A DNA stretch of 63,779 nucleotides, filler included, from Octopus bimaculoides (Eukaryota), in assembly GCF_001194135.2 (NCBI RefSeq). It is 4 parts of 4 records of this genome, joined end to end, with 100 filler letters (N's around TTAATTAATTAA, not from the genome) between each part and the next. Parts side by side here need not be neighbours in the genome. Positions count along the whole stretch, not along the records: positions 25,687 to 42,155 come from NC_069003.1; positions 42,256 to 59,271 come from NC_068994.1; 2 more parts are not named here. One strand, given 5' to 3'. The notes beneath the pieces are model-generated. The model did no database searches, was not told the DNA's origin, and saw only the letters and a list, made by a program, of their open reading frames with translations. Both the position numbers and the translations under genes were made by a program. Shown piece by piece: positions 39,191-51,479 of this stretch (positions within the stretch are counted from its first letter, which is position 1; every line of letters starts with the position of its first letter).

Positions 39191-40739
39191 CGCATGGACA
39201 GACACACACAGACACACAGACACACACACACACATGTACAGAAGCACATACACATATACACGCACATGGACGGACACACATGCACACAAACATACCCATG
39301 CACATACAAACATACACACACACTTACACACAGATGCATGCACAGAACAGAGACAATCCCTAACCTCTCATATTTTTATTTACAACATCAGGGCAGCTGA
39401 CAGCTGAACGCCTATCCTGTCACCAACCACTCTACTCAATGAAGTGAGTTCATTCCTCATGTCTGGCTCATTCGACTGAATTTTTGAGACTAAGTCCAAT
39501 GAATTGAACATGGGTCTTAAATGATGATACCTGCAGCTTCATGTCAGACTCAGCTGCTAGCTCTCTTAGGATTCCCAGGTGGTACTTGATTATCATTTCC
39601 ACAGCCTCTTTTGTTTGGATTCTCTTCTCATTAGTGGTCATCAATTCTACTTATTCCCTGTACCATGGCTGAATCAGTCCAAATCTTAACAGCAACCATC
39701 TCAGTACCAAGCTCATATCCTTCAACACAGCATTTCCTTCAGTCCCATTGACATAGTTATAGTCATCTTTCTTCTTCAGCCATGCTGAGTCTTCCACCTT
39801 ACCACCTTCCATTTCCAGAATTACTTGTGTTTTTTTTTGTTTTGGGCACATACTAGTTACCCTTCACTGGGTCCTCTACTCGCACCTTCTCCTTGATGTC
39901 TTACATCATGGCAACTGGCTTCTCTCTCACTTGTCACCCCAAGTTCACTCCTTCAGCTTGCCTCTTGATGTAGCTGCATGCTGTTCAGAGACATCCTACA
40001 AGCTTCCCACACACTGTGAACACTACTCACCTATCCATGTCCCCTCTCAGATCTGGAATCTCATTTCCTCTCTAAAACACAAGCCTGCTCACCTTATTTC
40101 TTTCAAGCCTCTGCACAGTGCCTCTTTCTACAGGTGCTCATTCAACTCCTGACAATCTAAACTGGTCAGATGTTATTCTTTGTCAGCTAGACTACAGCCA
40201 ACATTGGTAGCATAGCGTCTATATAGTGTAAACCAAATTCGATGACTGGCACTCATGTCAGTGGAACGCTGACATTTGCTGTAAACCATTGCAGAGTACA
40301 ACCAACAGCTATGGGGCAGTGGTCACCACTGGACTTGGTGAGACCAAATAGTTTAGCCCTAAAGAACAGGAGACGAATGTAGGAAAGGACACTCAGATGA
40401 CAAGGAGATACTATCCCAGTGGATACTATCCCAGTGGATACTATCCCAGTGGAAAGGATGCAATTGCCTTCCTGACAGTGTCAGAGTAAAAACAGGTTGT
40501 AGAAATCCTGGTGGGTCGGGCCAGTGTAGGTACTCGTCCAGAGGAGATGGAGGATGTTTCTCCTTCAGTTGATTGAGAGAATCTGTGATACACTGGGCGA
40601 GGGAGGACAGAGAGAAGAGGAGGTGAAAAGCCCCTTTAATGTCAAATTTGCTGAATTTGCCATTAATGGCCTTCTTTAAGTTAGGTGGCCGACATTGTTC
40701 CGGATTGTGATGATCACCAACATGAAATGAACAGTGGCA

Positions 40740-40880
40740 GGGATTGATGGCAAATTCATCGATCACTTTGGTATAAAATGTATCAGCACCATGCTCTACC
40801 TTCATCTTCTTCAAAAGGTCTTTATTCATGGAAATGAAAACTAGATTATAGAATCTCTCTTTACTTTGAGAACATGTCAT
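40740..40880 (-). mobile_element. hAT transposase C-terminal dimerisation-region remnant
   Basis: SKERFYNLVFISMNKDLLKKMK...FYTKVIDEFA resembles the ERL..LA..SIEK.LL...F...VID.FA pattern. Confidence 0.5.
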
Positions 40881-41082
40881 ATAACTATATACTTGCTTTA
40901 ATGAAGAAATCTATATAAATGAATCGAAACTTTATACTAATAAATAATTTAGGCATTGGTTATTTTTTTATGTAAGCTTTCTTAAATAACTTTAAATATT
41001 TAAAATTAAATTTTAAAGCATTGACATGAATGAATGGATGAAAATTTTACTTTTTAATCATATGCACACACATGCACACTAG

Positions 41083-41118
<36 letters not shown>

Positions 41119-41284
41119 TACACACACACATACACACACACACATACACACACACAAATTGCCGGTTTCTTCTTTTTGTTCTATGTGTGAAATAGTCAAC
41201 AAAACTCTGGGGTCATATGACTGAATTCAGGTCTTAAAAAGGGATCAAAAATACTCTCCCTATTGGTTAAATCTTTTTAGAAAG

Positions 41285-41710
41285 CAAGCGTGGGTGTGTG
41301 GTAAGTTGCTTCTCAACCACATGGTTCCAGGTCCAGTCTACTACTAGTGTCTTCTACTATAGCCTTGGGCCAACTAAAAACCTTGTAAGTGGTCTTGATA
41401 GAGGGAAACTGAAAATAACCCGTCATATATATATATATGTGTGTGTGTTTGTGTGTGTGTGTGTTTGTGTGTGTGTGTTTGTGTGTGTGTCTTTGTGTCT
41501 GTGTTTGTCCTTCACCAACACTTGACAGTCAGCATTGGTCTGTTTACCTTCCCATAACTTAGCAGTTTGGCATGAGAGACAAAAGAATAAGCACCAGCCA
41601 TTGAAAAAAGTACTGGGGTAGATTCATTAGACTAAAAATTATTTATAAAATGGTGCCCCAGCATGGCCACGATTTACTGATTGAAACAAGTAGAAGGTAA
41701 AAGATAAAAT
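41285..41710 (+). mobile_element. SINE family A, diverged full-length copy
   Basis: gtgggtgtgtggtaagttgcttctcaaccacatggttccagg ... cccagcatggccac...gaaacaagtagaagg. Confidence 0.85.
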
Positions 41711-42155
41711 GTGTACGCTTCAGTAACGAATAATCGTACAAAATATATCAGAAAGCAACAAGACAAACTTGTAAATTGACTAAATATACATTTCTCATTT
41801 AAGTCTGTCCGGCTATGAGGAAAGCCTCAGGAAAGTCCTCAGAATAGGCAAGTTTTTCATCTCTACTGCACAGGACAGTAAAAACATCAGCACTTCAAGA
41901 GACAAAAAAAGCTGACAACATGTCTGCTGGCTTATCACAGCTGGAAGGCAAACAGTAAAAGATCTGCTTTCTCTGTCTTGAGGGCTCACTCATTTTTTTT
42001 TTTTTTTTGTCCCTCTTTTTGACAATCCCTTCTTGAAAATAACAGAATACAAAGAAAATAACACCACTGCTCTTACTCTTATGACTGAAAGCAAGCAGTA
42101 AAAAATTTGCTTCCTTTTGCCTTTCTTTCTGCTGACCACTCACTCATTTAAAAAA

Positions 42156-42255
42156 NNNNNNNNNNNNNNNNNNNNNNNNNNNNNNNNNNNNNNNNNNNNT
42201 TAATTAATTAANNNNNNNNNNNNNNNNNNNNNNNNNNNNNNNNNNNNNNNNNNNN
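42156..42255. other. Synthetic scaffold-join spacer
   Basis: 44 N + TTAATTAATTAA + 44 N. Confidence 0.95.
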
Positions 42256-42465
42256 GTAAAATACTGTCTATGTGATCTCAAATTTTAAAGCAAACATAAT
42301 TTTCTTATGGTTTCTTAAACATTCACTAGAACAAAACTGTACAAATCCAAATATATGGTACCCTAGGCATAACACCTACATGAACTTCTAACTTGTTGTC
42401 TCTTGAGGTCTCTGGGTGAGACTTGGATCCAACTTGTACAAATGCAAAACAAAAGTCAAACATAA

Positions 42466-42468
<3 letters not shown>
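42256..42468 (+). mobile_element. R4/Dong-like LINE 3' UTR with (AAT)n tail
   Basis: Highly similar to 54940-55150, the 3' end of the long R4/Dong-like copy. Confidence 0.85.
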
Positions 42469-42536
<68 letters not shown>

Positions 42537-42537
<1 letters not shown>

Positions 42538-42865
42538 CTCTCATGTGCGAGGCATTTGAGAGAGATATGAGAGGTATAGAAAAAATAGCAAAGTACCTGG
42601 ACCTAGCTATTGAGTTACAGAGATTATGGAAATTGTGGGTAAAATGTATCCCAGTAGTTATAGGTGCATTGGGAACTATCCCCAAAGATCTGAACAGATG
42701 GAAAGAGGAAATAGGCATAAAACCCACTCTAGTAGAGCTCCAGAAAATAGTGTTATTAGGGGCAGCTAGTATACTTAGAAAGGTTCTTGGGGTCTTAGGT
42801 TACTTGTTGTAGCCCGATGTTAGGATCTTTTTCTTTTCCATCGGTCTAATCTGTTGTGTGTATAT
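42537..42865 (+). mobile_element. 5'-truncated R4/Dong-like LINE (second subfamily), RLE C-terminus
   Basis: EKIAKYLDLAIELQRLWK..VKCIPVVIGALGTIPKDL...LQKIVLLGAASILRKVL; flanked by (AAT)n on both sides. Confidence 0.85.
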
Positions 42866-42878
42866 AATAATAATAATT

Positions 42879-43256
42879 TGGTGGCTGACGATATGTGCAT
42901 CTCTGATCATAGGCAGAAGTAGTGGGGGAGCATCATAGCCATGTGTTGAGAGGAATTCTTTGGGATTTGAATAATTCACCTTTGGAAACATGGGTGTTTT
43001 GCTCAACATCCTTAAATAAACCTTGTTCAGGGACCTTTTCAGCGGGATGGGCTACCCGACCTGAAGAAAATTCTAACTGGGCCCCACCTGCGAGGTCATG
43101 TGCTGTTTATCTTGATATGAGATCACCATGTCGCGCACATATGGTTGTGATGCATGTGCCTGGTGTACCCTTATCAGAGGGGTAGTCATAATGAGTATAT
43201 TGGGCTTCGTATATTTTACCCGTGTCACTTTGATAGCATGCACTGGTCTCTCACTC
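42879..43256 (+). mobile_element. 5'-truncated family C element in (AAT)n
   Basis: Matches ~32635-33013. Confidence 0.85.
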
Positions 43257-43369
43257 AATAATAATAATAATTATTATTATTATTATTATTATTCCTACTA
43301 AAAGCACAAGGCCCGAAATTTGGCGTGGGGGGGGGGACTAGTCGATTACACTTAATTTATCGACCCCGA

Positions 43370-43414
<45 letters not shown>

Positions 43415-43559
43415 TATTATTATTATTATTATTATTATTATAATAAATGCTCTAATTCAGCACCCTTATCAGACATGATGGATATATTGGGCTTCATATA
43501 TTTGTACTCCAGTGTCACTTGGATGGTATACGCTGCTTTCTCACTCGATACTGATAATA

Positions 43560-46500
43560 ATAATTATTATTTCATTTATTGGCCACCCGGGCCGACATAC
43601 AGGGAACAATACAGCAGGTATGGGCAGTGAGGATTTTACACAAAACAAGGAGAACATGATTAAAATAATAACAATGATATCAACAAAAAGAATATAACAA
43701 TGAAAGTTCCCCAGTAAGGAGTAACCACCTGGAGTTGGCTCAGACACCCCACCGAACATGAACCACTCGATGCTTCGAGGGCATCTGGGAAGGGCACCCT
43801 TCTCCCTCTCAGATTCACTAGCCTACAGGCGCATTATTAGAGCAGGTCCACTCACACGGTCCATTTTTCGCTACATTCACCCAGCTTTTAGCAAATGCGC
43901 TGGAAGGCAGCATTTCTCTCTCCGCCCACATCTTCATTTCTAAGTGAAATTTGAAAAAGTTGATGAGAGATTGGCCGAAGAGAAAAGTGTCTGTGTTCAG
44001 TCCTTTCAACCTGGTCCTCCACACAACCTCTTTCGCTACTGCTATCAGACAGAGGAAAATTGCCTGCCCTTCTGCACCGATGGAAGGTGGCGGATCGATC
44101 TTCTCTAGGAACTCGTCCGATAGCCGGATCCATCCTACACGTGATAACAGCTGTTCAACATAACTCCTCAAGTCGGTAATGCAAAGACACTGGACGAGTG
44201 CGTGCAGAATGGTTTCGCCGCTCTGCACGTATCTCGGGCAGGTCCGTCTGACAGTACTTCCGTGCCTGTAGAGTTTACCTCAAACCGGCAGTGCCTCCCA
44301 CCCCGGTAGCACTGCCGAGCTAGGGATTTCTGAAAGTTATCCATCGTCCCCGGCTCGAAAGTCTTCCTGTACAGACTGGTCAGTTAAACTTCGTCAACGC
44401 CTAACGTCTCTCCAAGTGCGTCATCGTTCTTTCCTTCCCCTGACCCTTTACAGAACTCAAGAGTGGACGTTCCACTGATCGCATTGCTCGACTGGTAGAG
44501 GGAAGTGAGTGCCTGGCAACATTCCAGGTGCCAGTCACCCTGCCTCGGTTACTTCTTGAGTGCAGCTCAGTCGAGACGATCTGGGGAAAGGCCTGCTTGA
44601 CAAACGGCGACCACACATGTTCACCGTTTAAGCAGAATATCTGGAGATGCTGCAGCCTAAACTCATGTCTGCGCATCTGCGTAGAGGGTGTTGGTAGCTG
44701 ATAGACCGCCTCAGCAATGGAACCTGTCTCCTCCACAAGAATTTGAAAAGGAGGCACTCCAACTTGGCGAGGCGCGAACAGGGGTAAGGTATGACAGTCA
44801 AGCGGCAGAAGTTGACGAACGCGATGTACACATTCGCCACCTCCACCCGACTTTTCAGTGACAGCTTCCTCATAGCCTATTTCTGGGTGAAACTGGCTAC
44901 TCTACCCGTCACCTCGTCCCAATTCTTATCCACCTGGAGCTCTGGTCCGAACCAATCCCCAAGCAACTTTACCGGTCTCTCCGTCCAGCGCCCAACGACG
45001 CTGTTGGATGACATAGACTTGCCTCTCGAAGTGCCGAGTTGCAAGCCCACCGACTTTTGCGGATTAAGTTTTGCTCCAATGATATACCGACCACCTCGAG
45101 GTGACCGAGACCATCACGGTGATGTCGTCTGTATAGGCTGACACAGCCCTTCTGCACCCTGGTTCGAGCGGGATGCCTTACAGCAACTCCAGCTTGCGCA
45201 CTAAAGGCATAATAGTCAATACGTACAGAAGGGAGGAGAGAAGGCACCCTTGACGGATTGATCGGAAGATCTGAAACGGTTTCGAGAGGTGACCATTAAC
45301 TTTGACCACCGAGCAGATGCCGCTGTGCATTGCAGCGATCCAACTTCTGAAGATGGGGCCGAAGCCAGATTTAAACCCTACCTTTTCTATTATGTATCGC
45401 ATGAGGTTGAGGTTGAGGTTGTCGTGTATGGACCTATTCGAGATTGCGTCGAGGTAGGGACTAAAGTCCTCCACCATCTCCGCCTCGCCACTCTCGCCGA
45501 ACAACCGAGCAAAGTGATGGCAGAAGGCCTCACACATCTGCCTGGAATCCCTCAGCCGTGTCCGTCTCGGTCCGTCAAAGATCAAATTGTGGTTTCGTTA
45601 CTACGCAACGCCTCCGCTACGCAGGCCCATCGAACAATTTTTATCCCCTCATTTCTTAGAGCATGCGCCTTAGCTCTGACAATGCAACCTTCATGTTTCA
45701 CATTGAAGAACTGGTCTAGTGTCATTCTCACTGCTAGCACGTCGATTGCAATGTCACTACAAATAGCCTCGTCTAGTTAAGCTACTAACCCCGCCTCCTT
45801 TCTATCGTTATTCTAACGCTATTTCTTTGCTATGCTCTATCGATATTACTCTAATCTCTCTTTTGAGAGCCGCCCACCACCTGTCAACTTCTGCTTAACT
45901 AAGTTGTTGACCCGGTCCCTGTAAGCCTTACGTGCCGGAAACGATATGTTCAGCTTCCAGTACCCAGGTCCTAACCTCCACGTCTTATTTAGGTCGACCA
46001 TACAAATTACAAACTTATGGTCTGAATAGGCGACCGTTTTAAAAAGTGGACATCCTACACTATTACTATCTATTTTCCTAGTGAAAAACTTATCTCTATA
46101 CGATCTAGATGACCCTAAGCGGTTGGTCTAGGTCCACACAGGCGCATTATGGAAATTTCGTCGGTAACTGTCAGACAGTTGGAACGAGCTGATCAGGTGC
46201 TTGAGGCTTTTGCACTCCACCTCTTCTATCAGCTACTCCCACACAATTCCAGCGTTAGTCTAAGATTCCATTCCAGTCCCTTACTAACAGTAAAGGGCGA
46301 GACGTACCTAGAAAGGCTTTCAGACGCCTAAAAAAATCCGGTAGGGGTGTAGACCGCCAACAGTCTAAAGACACTACCTTCATTAATGCTCACGTCCAGG
46401 ACCACCAACTTGCCGACCTTACCTCGAGATCCAGTTCTTTCCTAAACAGCACTGCCACTCCATCTCTCATTCCTGGCTGACTAATAGATGCAAAGAACTG

Positions 46501-47745
46501 ATAGTAGTCGAACATGGGGGCGTGTATTGGAAATCTTGGTTTCACTGACAGCAATTATATCTAATTCTAGAGACTTGAGGAGACGCTCTTGCTTCCAGAG
46601 TGACCCCAGGCCTCGAACATTGAAAACTCCTACTCTTAATATGGCCATGTTGGTAAGCCAAAGAAAGAAGGTAAAAGTATACTTACCTCCCGGTCTCTTG
46701 TGGAGGTCGGGTGGCTCGACTTTCATAATTAGTGGGTGGGGCAGAACCCCTTTAAGAACCTCGATGTGAGACCCGGAGAGCTTTCTCGAATTTTTGTGTA
46801 GGAATCAAGCGACATTAGCACCTGAAGTAAATCTTCTGGTACACGAAATATGTTCGATTCGAATATCACTTCTTTATCAAATTCAATATTTTGTGTTACG
46901 AGAGCAATCAGTTCCTCGTTGTCCCTCCTGATTAGTATGAAGTTGGGTGTTTTGTGTTGGTGTTGTTTAATTTGTTTGCTTGAGTGTAGGGGTGATGGTC
47001 TTGTTGTTGTTTCTGTTGTGCCTATGTGTGCTGTGAGTGTAGTGTCTGCGGTTTTAGATGCTTGTGTGAGTGCTTGTTGTTGTCTCTGTTTAGGTTGTTT
47101 GCGTCTGGGAGATTCTGGTGATAGTGATGGTGATGGTGTTGGTGTTTTGGGGAAGATGTTTACGTGAGTGGTGTCCGTATCTTTTTTTTTTTTCGTGGCT
47201 GTCGTTATGCTTTGTGGAGTTTTTCTTTTGTGCTTTGTCTTTTGTTTTTTGAGACCTTTTGGTTTTCCTTCATCTTCACTACTGGAAGATGAGGGGTCAG
47301 TTGTTATAAGTGTCTCTGTGTGCTTGTGTGTATGTTTATAGTCTTGTTTATGTATGTATATTTGTTTGGTGTGAGGGGGTGAGAGAGCTTTCCTTGTTTC
47401 CCGCAAGGGTAGTTAATGTCTTTGGTGTTGTTGCTAGTGGTTTTGCCGGTTTATGCCGGCATAGGCAGCAGTGGAGGCCTTTGACCCCTTGCAATTTGTA
47501 TCAGTTGGGAGCAGCGAGCTCGCTCTAGAGACGGATGTGGCCCGGGATTTCTTTTATGTTTTCGGGTCTGAACTGGAGAAGTATCTCCGGGTCAACCCCG
47601 GATCAGTCCTCCCTGGAAGTTCTTGTCACCTCTATCGGGACAGTATACGTCCCCTCCACGATTACTCATCCCAGAAGCCACCAAGTACCAAGTCCAGGTG
47701 GGATCCTAGGAATGTAGACACGTGCTGTAGTTACCTTATACCTAT
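43560..47745 (-). mobile_element. Degenerate Tx1/L1-clade LINE (ORF1 remnant plus APE-RT ORF2)
   Basis: ORF2 start MAILRVGVFNVRGL...DIIAVSETK at 46648; RT ..RSIRQGCLLSSLLYVL and YADDITVMV; zf-RVT CPRYVQSGETILHALVQC; AATAAA then an AAT-like tail at ~43560. Confidence 0.88.
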
Positions 47746-48340
47746 AAGAAGAGAGACTTTCCAAAGAGACTCACTGTCACCCCTGCTTTTTTTTTTTACT
47801 TTCTCTGACCGCGGCAACAAACTTGGTAAACGAAACCACCATGAGTTATAGGTACTATGGACAAAAAATAAGCCATCTCCTGTACATGGATGACCTAAAA
47901 CTTTTTGCTAGAATCACCATCGAACAGAGAAACCTTATCAAAATTGTCCAGAGTTTCAGCAATGACATCGGAATGAGCATGGGGCTGGACAATTGTACCG
48001 GAGTCACTCTGAGAAAAGGCAAATTATTCAGCACTGAAAACACTGCACTCGACATAGACACAGAAATTAGAGAATTAGATCACAACAGCCCATACAAATA
48101 TCTAGGGATAGACGAAACAGCTAAAATACAACACACAAAAATGAAAGAATTAGGAGAGAGTATTACAGAAAAGGTAGACTAATATTAAACACCGAACTTA
48201 ATGTTAAAAATAAGATAATAGGGATAAATACGGTAGACATACCAGTCATAAATTACAGCTTTAACATAATAAACTGGAAGATCAGTACATTGAGAAACCT
48301 AGATAGAAAAACCAGAAAACTACTAACAGCGTACCGAAGT
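47745..48340 (+). mobile_element. R4/Dong-like LINE reverse transcriptase fragment
   Basis: IRRETFQRDSLSPLL..; KISHLLYMDDLKLFA; YKYLGIDE. Confidence 0.85.
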
Positions 48341-50008
48341 CACCACTTACAAACGAAGGATTAGTTCTTAATTGATAATCTAATTATCAGGAAATGCAAG
48401 AGAAGACATAAAAACCTGAGCATGGCATGGGTTGACTATAGTAAAGCATACGATGTGATACCACACTCCTGGATAATAAGAACAATGGAATAGCAGAGAA
48501 TATGGGAAGCCTTATATGGAATAGTATGAAATGCTGGCGAATGGAATTGACAGCAGGGAAGCAAGAACTAAGAGAGGTAAATATTAGGAGAGGTATCTTC
48601 CCGTGGCACAGTTTATTCCGACTGATATTCGTGCTGGGAATTATCCCCTTGAGTGAAATACTACAAAAATATAAAGATGGGGTATGATCTGGGAAGAGGT
48701 AAGGGAAAACTAAACCACTTGATATTCATGGACGACCTGAAGTTATTCACAATAAGTGAAGCAGAACTGGTCAGCATAGTCCTGTCTGTGCGAATTTTCT
48801 CCAGTGATATTAAGATGGAGTTTGGACTCTCAAAATGTGCTACTATGTGATGAGACGAGGAAAGAATGCCAGGACAGAAGGCATAAGATTGCCAAGTGGT
48901 GAAAGGATGAAGGCAATTCAACCTTAAGCTAGTTATAAAAACGTCATGAAAGAAAAGACAAAAAGAGAGTACCTGCGGCGAGTGAGAAAAATATTGGCTT
49001 CAAAGCTGAATGCCAGAAACATAATTTCGGCAATAAACTCGGCAATAAACACAGTCGCAGTAGTTCGTTTATGGCAACGGAATCCTGAAGTGGACAGAGG
49101 AGGAGCTAAAGGAGATGGACAGGAAGTCAAGAAAGCTCCAAACGATGCATGGAGCCCATCATCTACGTGCAGACACTGATCGCCAATACATGAAGAGAGC
49201 AAATAGAGGAAGGGGACAGGTAAGTGTGGAAGACTGCGTGCATATCGCACTCGAGAGCTTAATGAGATACCTAGCCCAAAATAAGGAAATCTTGCTAGTG
49301 ACAGTTAGGAACGAGTGAGTATTGAGAGCGGAGAAAAAAGAAAAAACAAAAGAAGTGCAAGAAGGACATAAAGAATTGCACAAGAAGGGACTACACAATC
49401 AATTTCATGTAGTCACAACAGAAGTTGCTGGAAAAAATAAGTGGGATTGGTTGATGAAAGGAACCATAAAAGAAGAGACCGAGAACACTATTACTGGCAG
49501 CGCCGGACCAAGCTCTGGCCACGAACTGGAGGGTCATCCTGAGGAATGAGCAAGTATCTCCGCTGTGCTGCATCGCCAATGGAGTGGATGAAACCATTGC
49601 CCATATCACGAACGAATGCCGTAGAGCTGCCCCGAACCCCTACAAATTGAGACGACACGACCAGGTAGCGAAAGTGCTACACTGGAAACTGTGAGAAGTG
49701 GGAGCTAGAGAAAGACAAGACATGGTGTGAGCACAAACCGCAGAAAGTGGCTGAGTCGGAGACTAGCAAAATCCTCTGGGATTTCCCAATCCAAACAGAT
49801 CAGGTGCTAGCCCATAACAGACCGGATCTAGAGGTGGTGGTCAAGGTGCACTACATATGCTATATAGTTGATGTTGTATGCCCCTTTGATCCATGAATAG
49901 TCAAGAAGGAAGCAAAAAGATAGATAGATACAACCCTCTTAAGTACGAAATAGCCCGGCTATGGAAAATGAAGAAGGTGAAGACAGTGCCAATTATTGTT
50001 GGGTCCTT
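48340..50008 (+). mobile_element. R4/Dong-like LINE fragment (RT, CCHC and RLE), third subfamily
   Basis: AWVDYSKAYD; IRRGIF; LNHLIFMDDLKLF; RRHDQVAKVLHW; NRPDL; KYEIARLWKMKKVKTVPIIVGSL. Confidence 0.85.
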
Positions 50009-50076
<68 letters not shown>

Positions 50077-50134
50077 GTTTATAAAAATAAAACTACTGAA
50101 CAATAATAATAATAATAATAATAATACACACAGA

Positions 50135-50645
50135 TAGAGAAATTAAGGCAAATAGACCAGATATAGTTGTCAAAGATCATGAAGAAAAAAAATGCTTTCT
50201 AATTGATGTATCAATACCAGCAGATGACAACGTTTCTCTAAANNNNNNNNNNNNNNNNNNNNNNNNNNNNNNNNNNNNNNNNNNNNNNNNNNNNNNNNNN
50301 NNNNNNNNNNNNNNNNNNNNNNNNNNNNNNNNNNNNNNNNNNNNNNNNNNNNNNNNNNNNNNNNNNNNNNNNNGGAATCTAAAAACAGAAACAATTCCTA
50401 TCATAGTAGGTGCCTTAGGTATAATAAAAAATATTCAGACAAATACATAACAAAAACACCAGGACTTACAAATATATATAACATACAGAAAATTGCACTA
50501 CTGGGCACTGCACACATCCTACGCAAAACACTTTCAATACAGTAACCATAAGAGCATCACAGCAAACCACAGCACATACCCAAAGCACACAGAGCTGCGC
50601 TCGGTAGTGAAGTGAAAGCACGTTATAAAAATAAAACTACTGAAC
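50135..50645 (+). mobile_element. 5'-truncated R4/Dong-like LINE (RLE plus 3' UTR) between (AAT)n tracts
   Basis: NRPDIVVKDHEEKKCFLIDVSIPADDNVSLK; IPIIVGALG; ends ataaaactactgaac then AAT-type repeats. Confidence 0.85.
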
Positions 50646-51479
50646 AATGATAATAATAACATGGATGTGCTACACCGGGCTCCCCATTCAAAAACAAATC
50701 TAATCTAATAACATCGATGGAATTGAATAAAGAAACCTGTGGAAGACTTGAAGGAAGCGGTCTTTTAACGAAAATAACGAAAAACGAAATTTTACTGCCA
50801 TACAAAGCAGTTTCTCCTATGCACGATATCTCAGTGAAACATGTGCAAAACACGCGCGAAATCAACACCGGAAAGTTTACAAATTATAAAATAGAAATGG
50901 AACAAAACAGTAAGTACATAAATTGAGTAATTACGCATACACTCGAATGTCTACACAATCATATATATATATTGATACCCATAGGACTACACATACATCT
51001 CAATGTTTACACAACTACGTGAAATTTACAGGAGACACATTCACGCATATGAAAACACGTGTCACAAACGAAGCAAAACCAAAAACAATACTATTTTTAA
51101 ATTTTTTTGAACTAACACAAAATGAACCATTCATAAGTTTAAAAACACCACAAAAAATTATGCTCGGAGATAAATCTATCAACAAAAAAAAATACAGACG
51201 AATACAGATCTATTAGCCTTAAGCAGCTACGTTACGAGCAATGTTTACATGCAGAAAACTCGGTAACGGTGTTGTCTGAAAAAATTTACCCTAAACAGAC
51301 AAATCCGTCCCCTAATGTCAACGTCGAAGCTCGTCATGCCTCAATGATAACAAAGTAAAATACAAACCAGATTGGTCTTCGACCGAATCACAAAGGGACA
51401 CGTACTCGAATGATGAACCAGATTCGAAACGAAAAATCAGCTACTGGTTCAAATCTTCCCGACACACAGGAATTGGAAG

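Noticed and set aside
38876-39407. Cys/Val/Tyr- or His/Thr-rich ORFs (also 15260-17590 and 62963-63402)
   Set aside because: Translations of (CA)n/(TA)n/(TG)n mosaics; no domain and no splice support
40407-40451. Three exact 15-bp direct repeats (gatactatcccagtg); similar short repeats at ~29200 and ~30920
   Set aside because: Adjacent units with no spacers; local slippage duplications, not a CRISPR array
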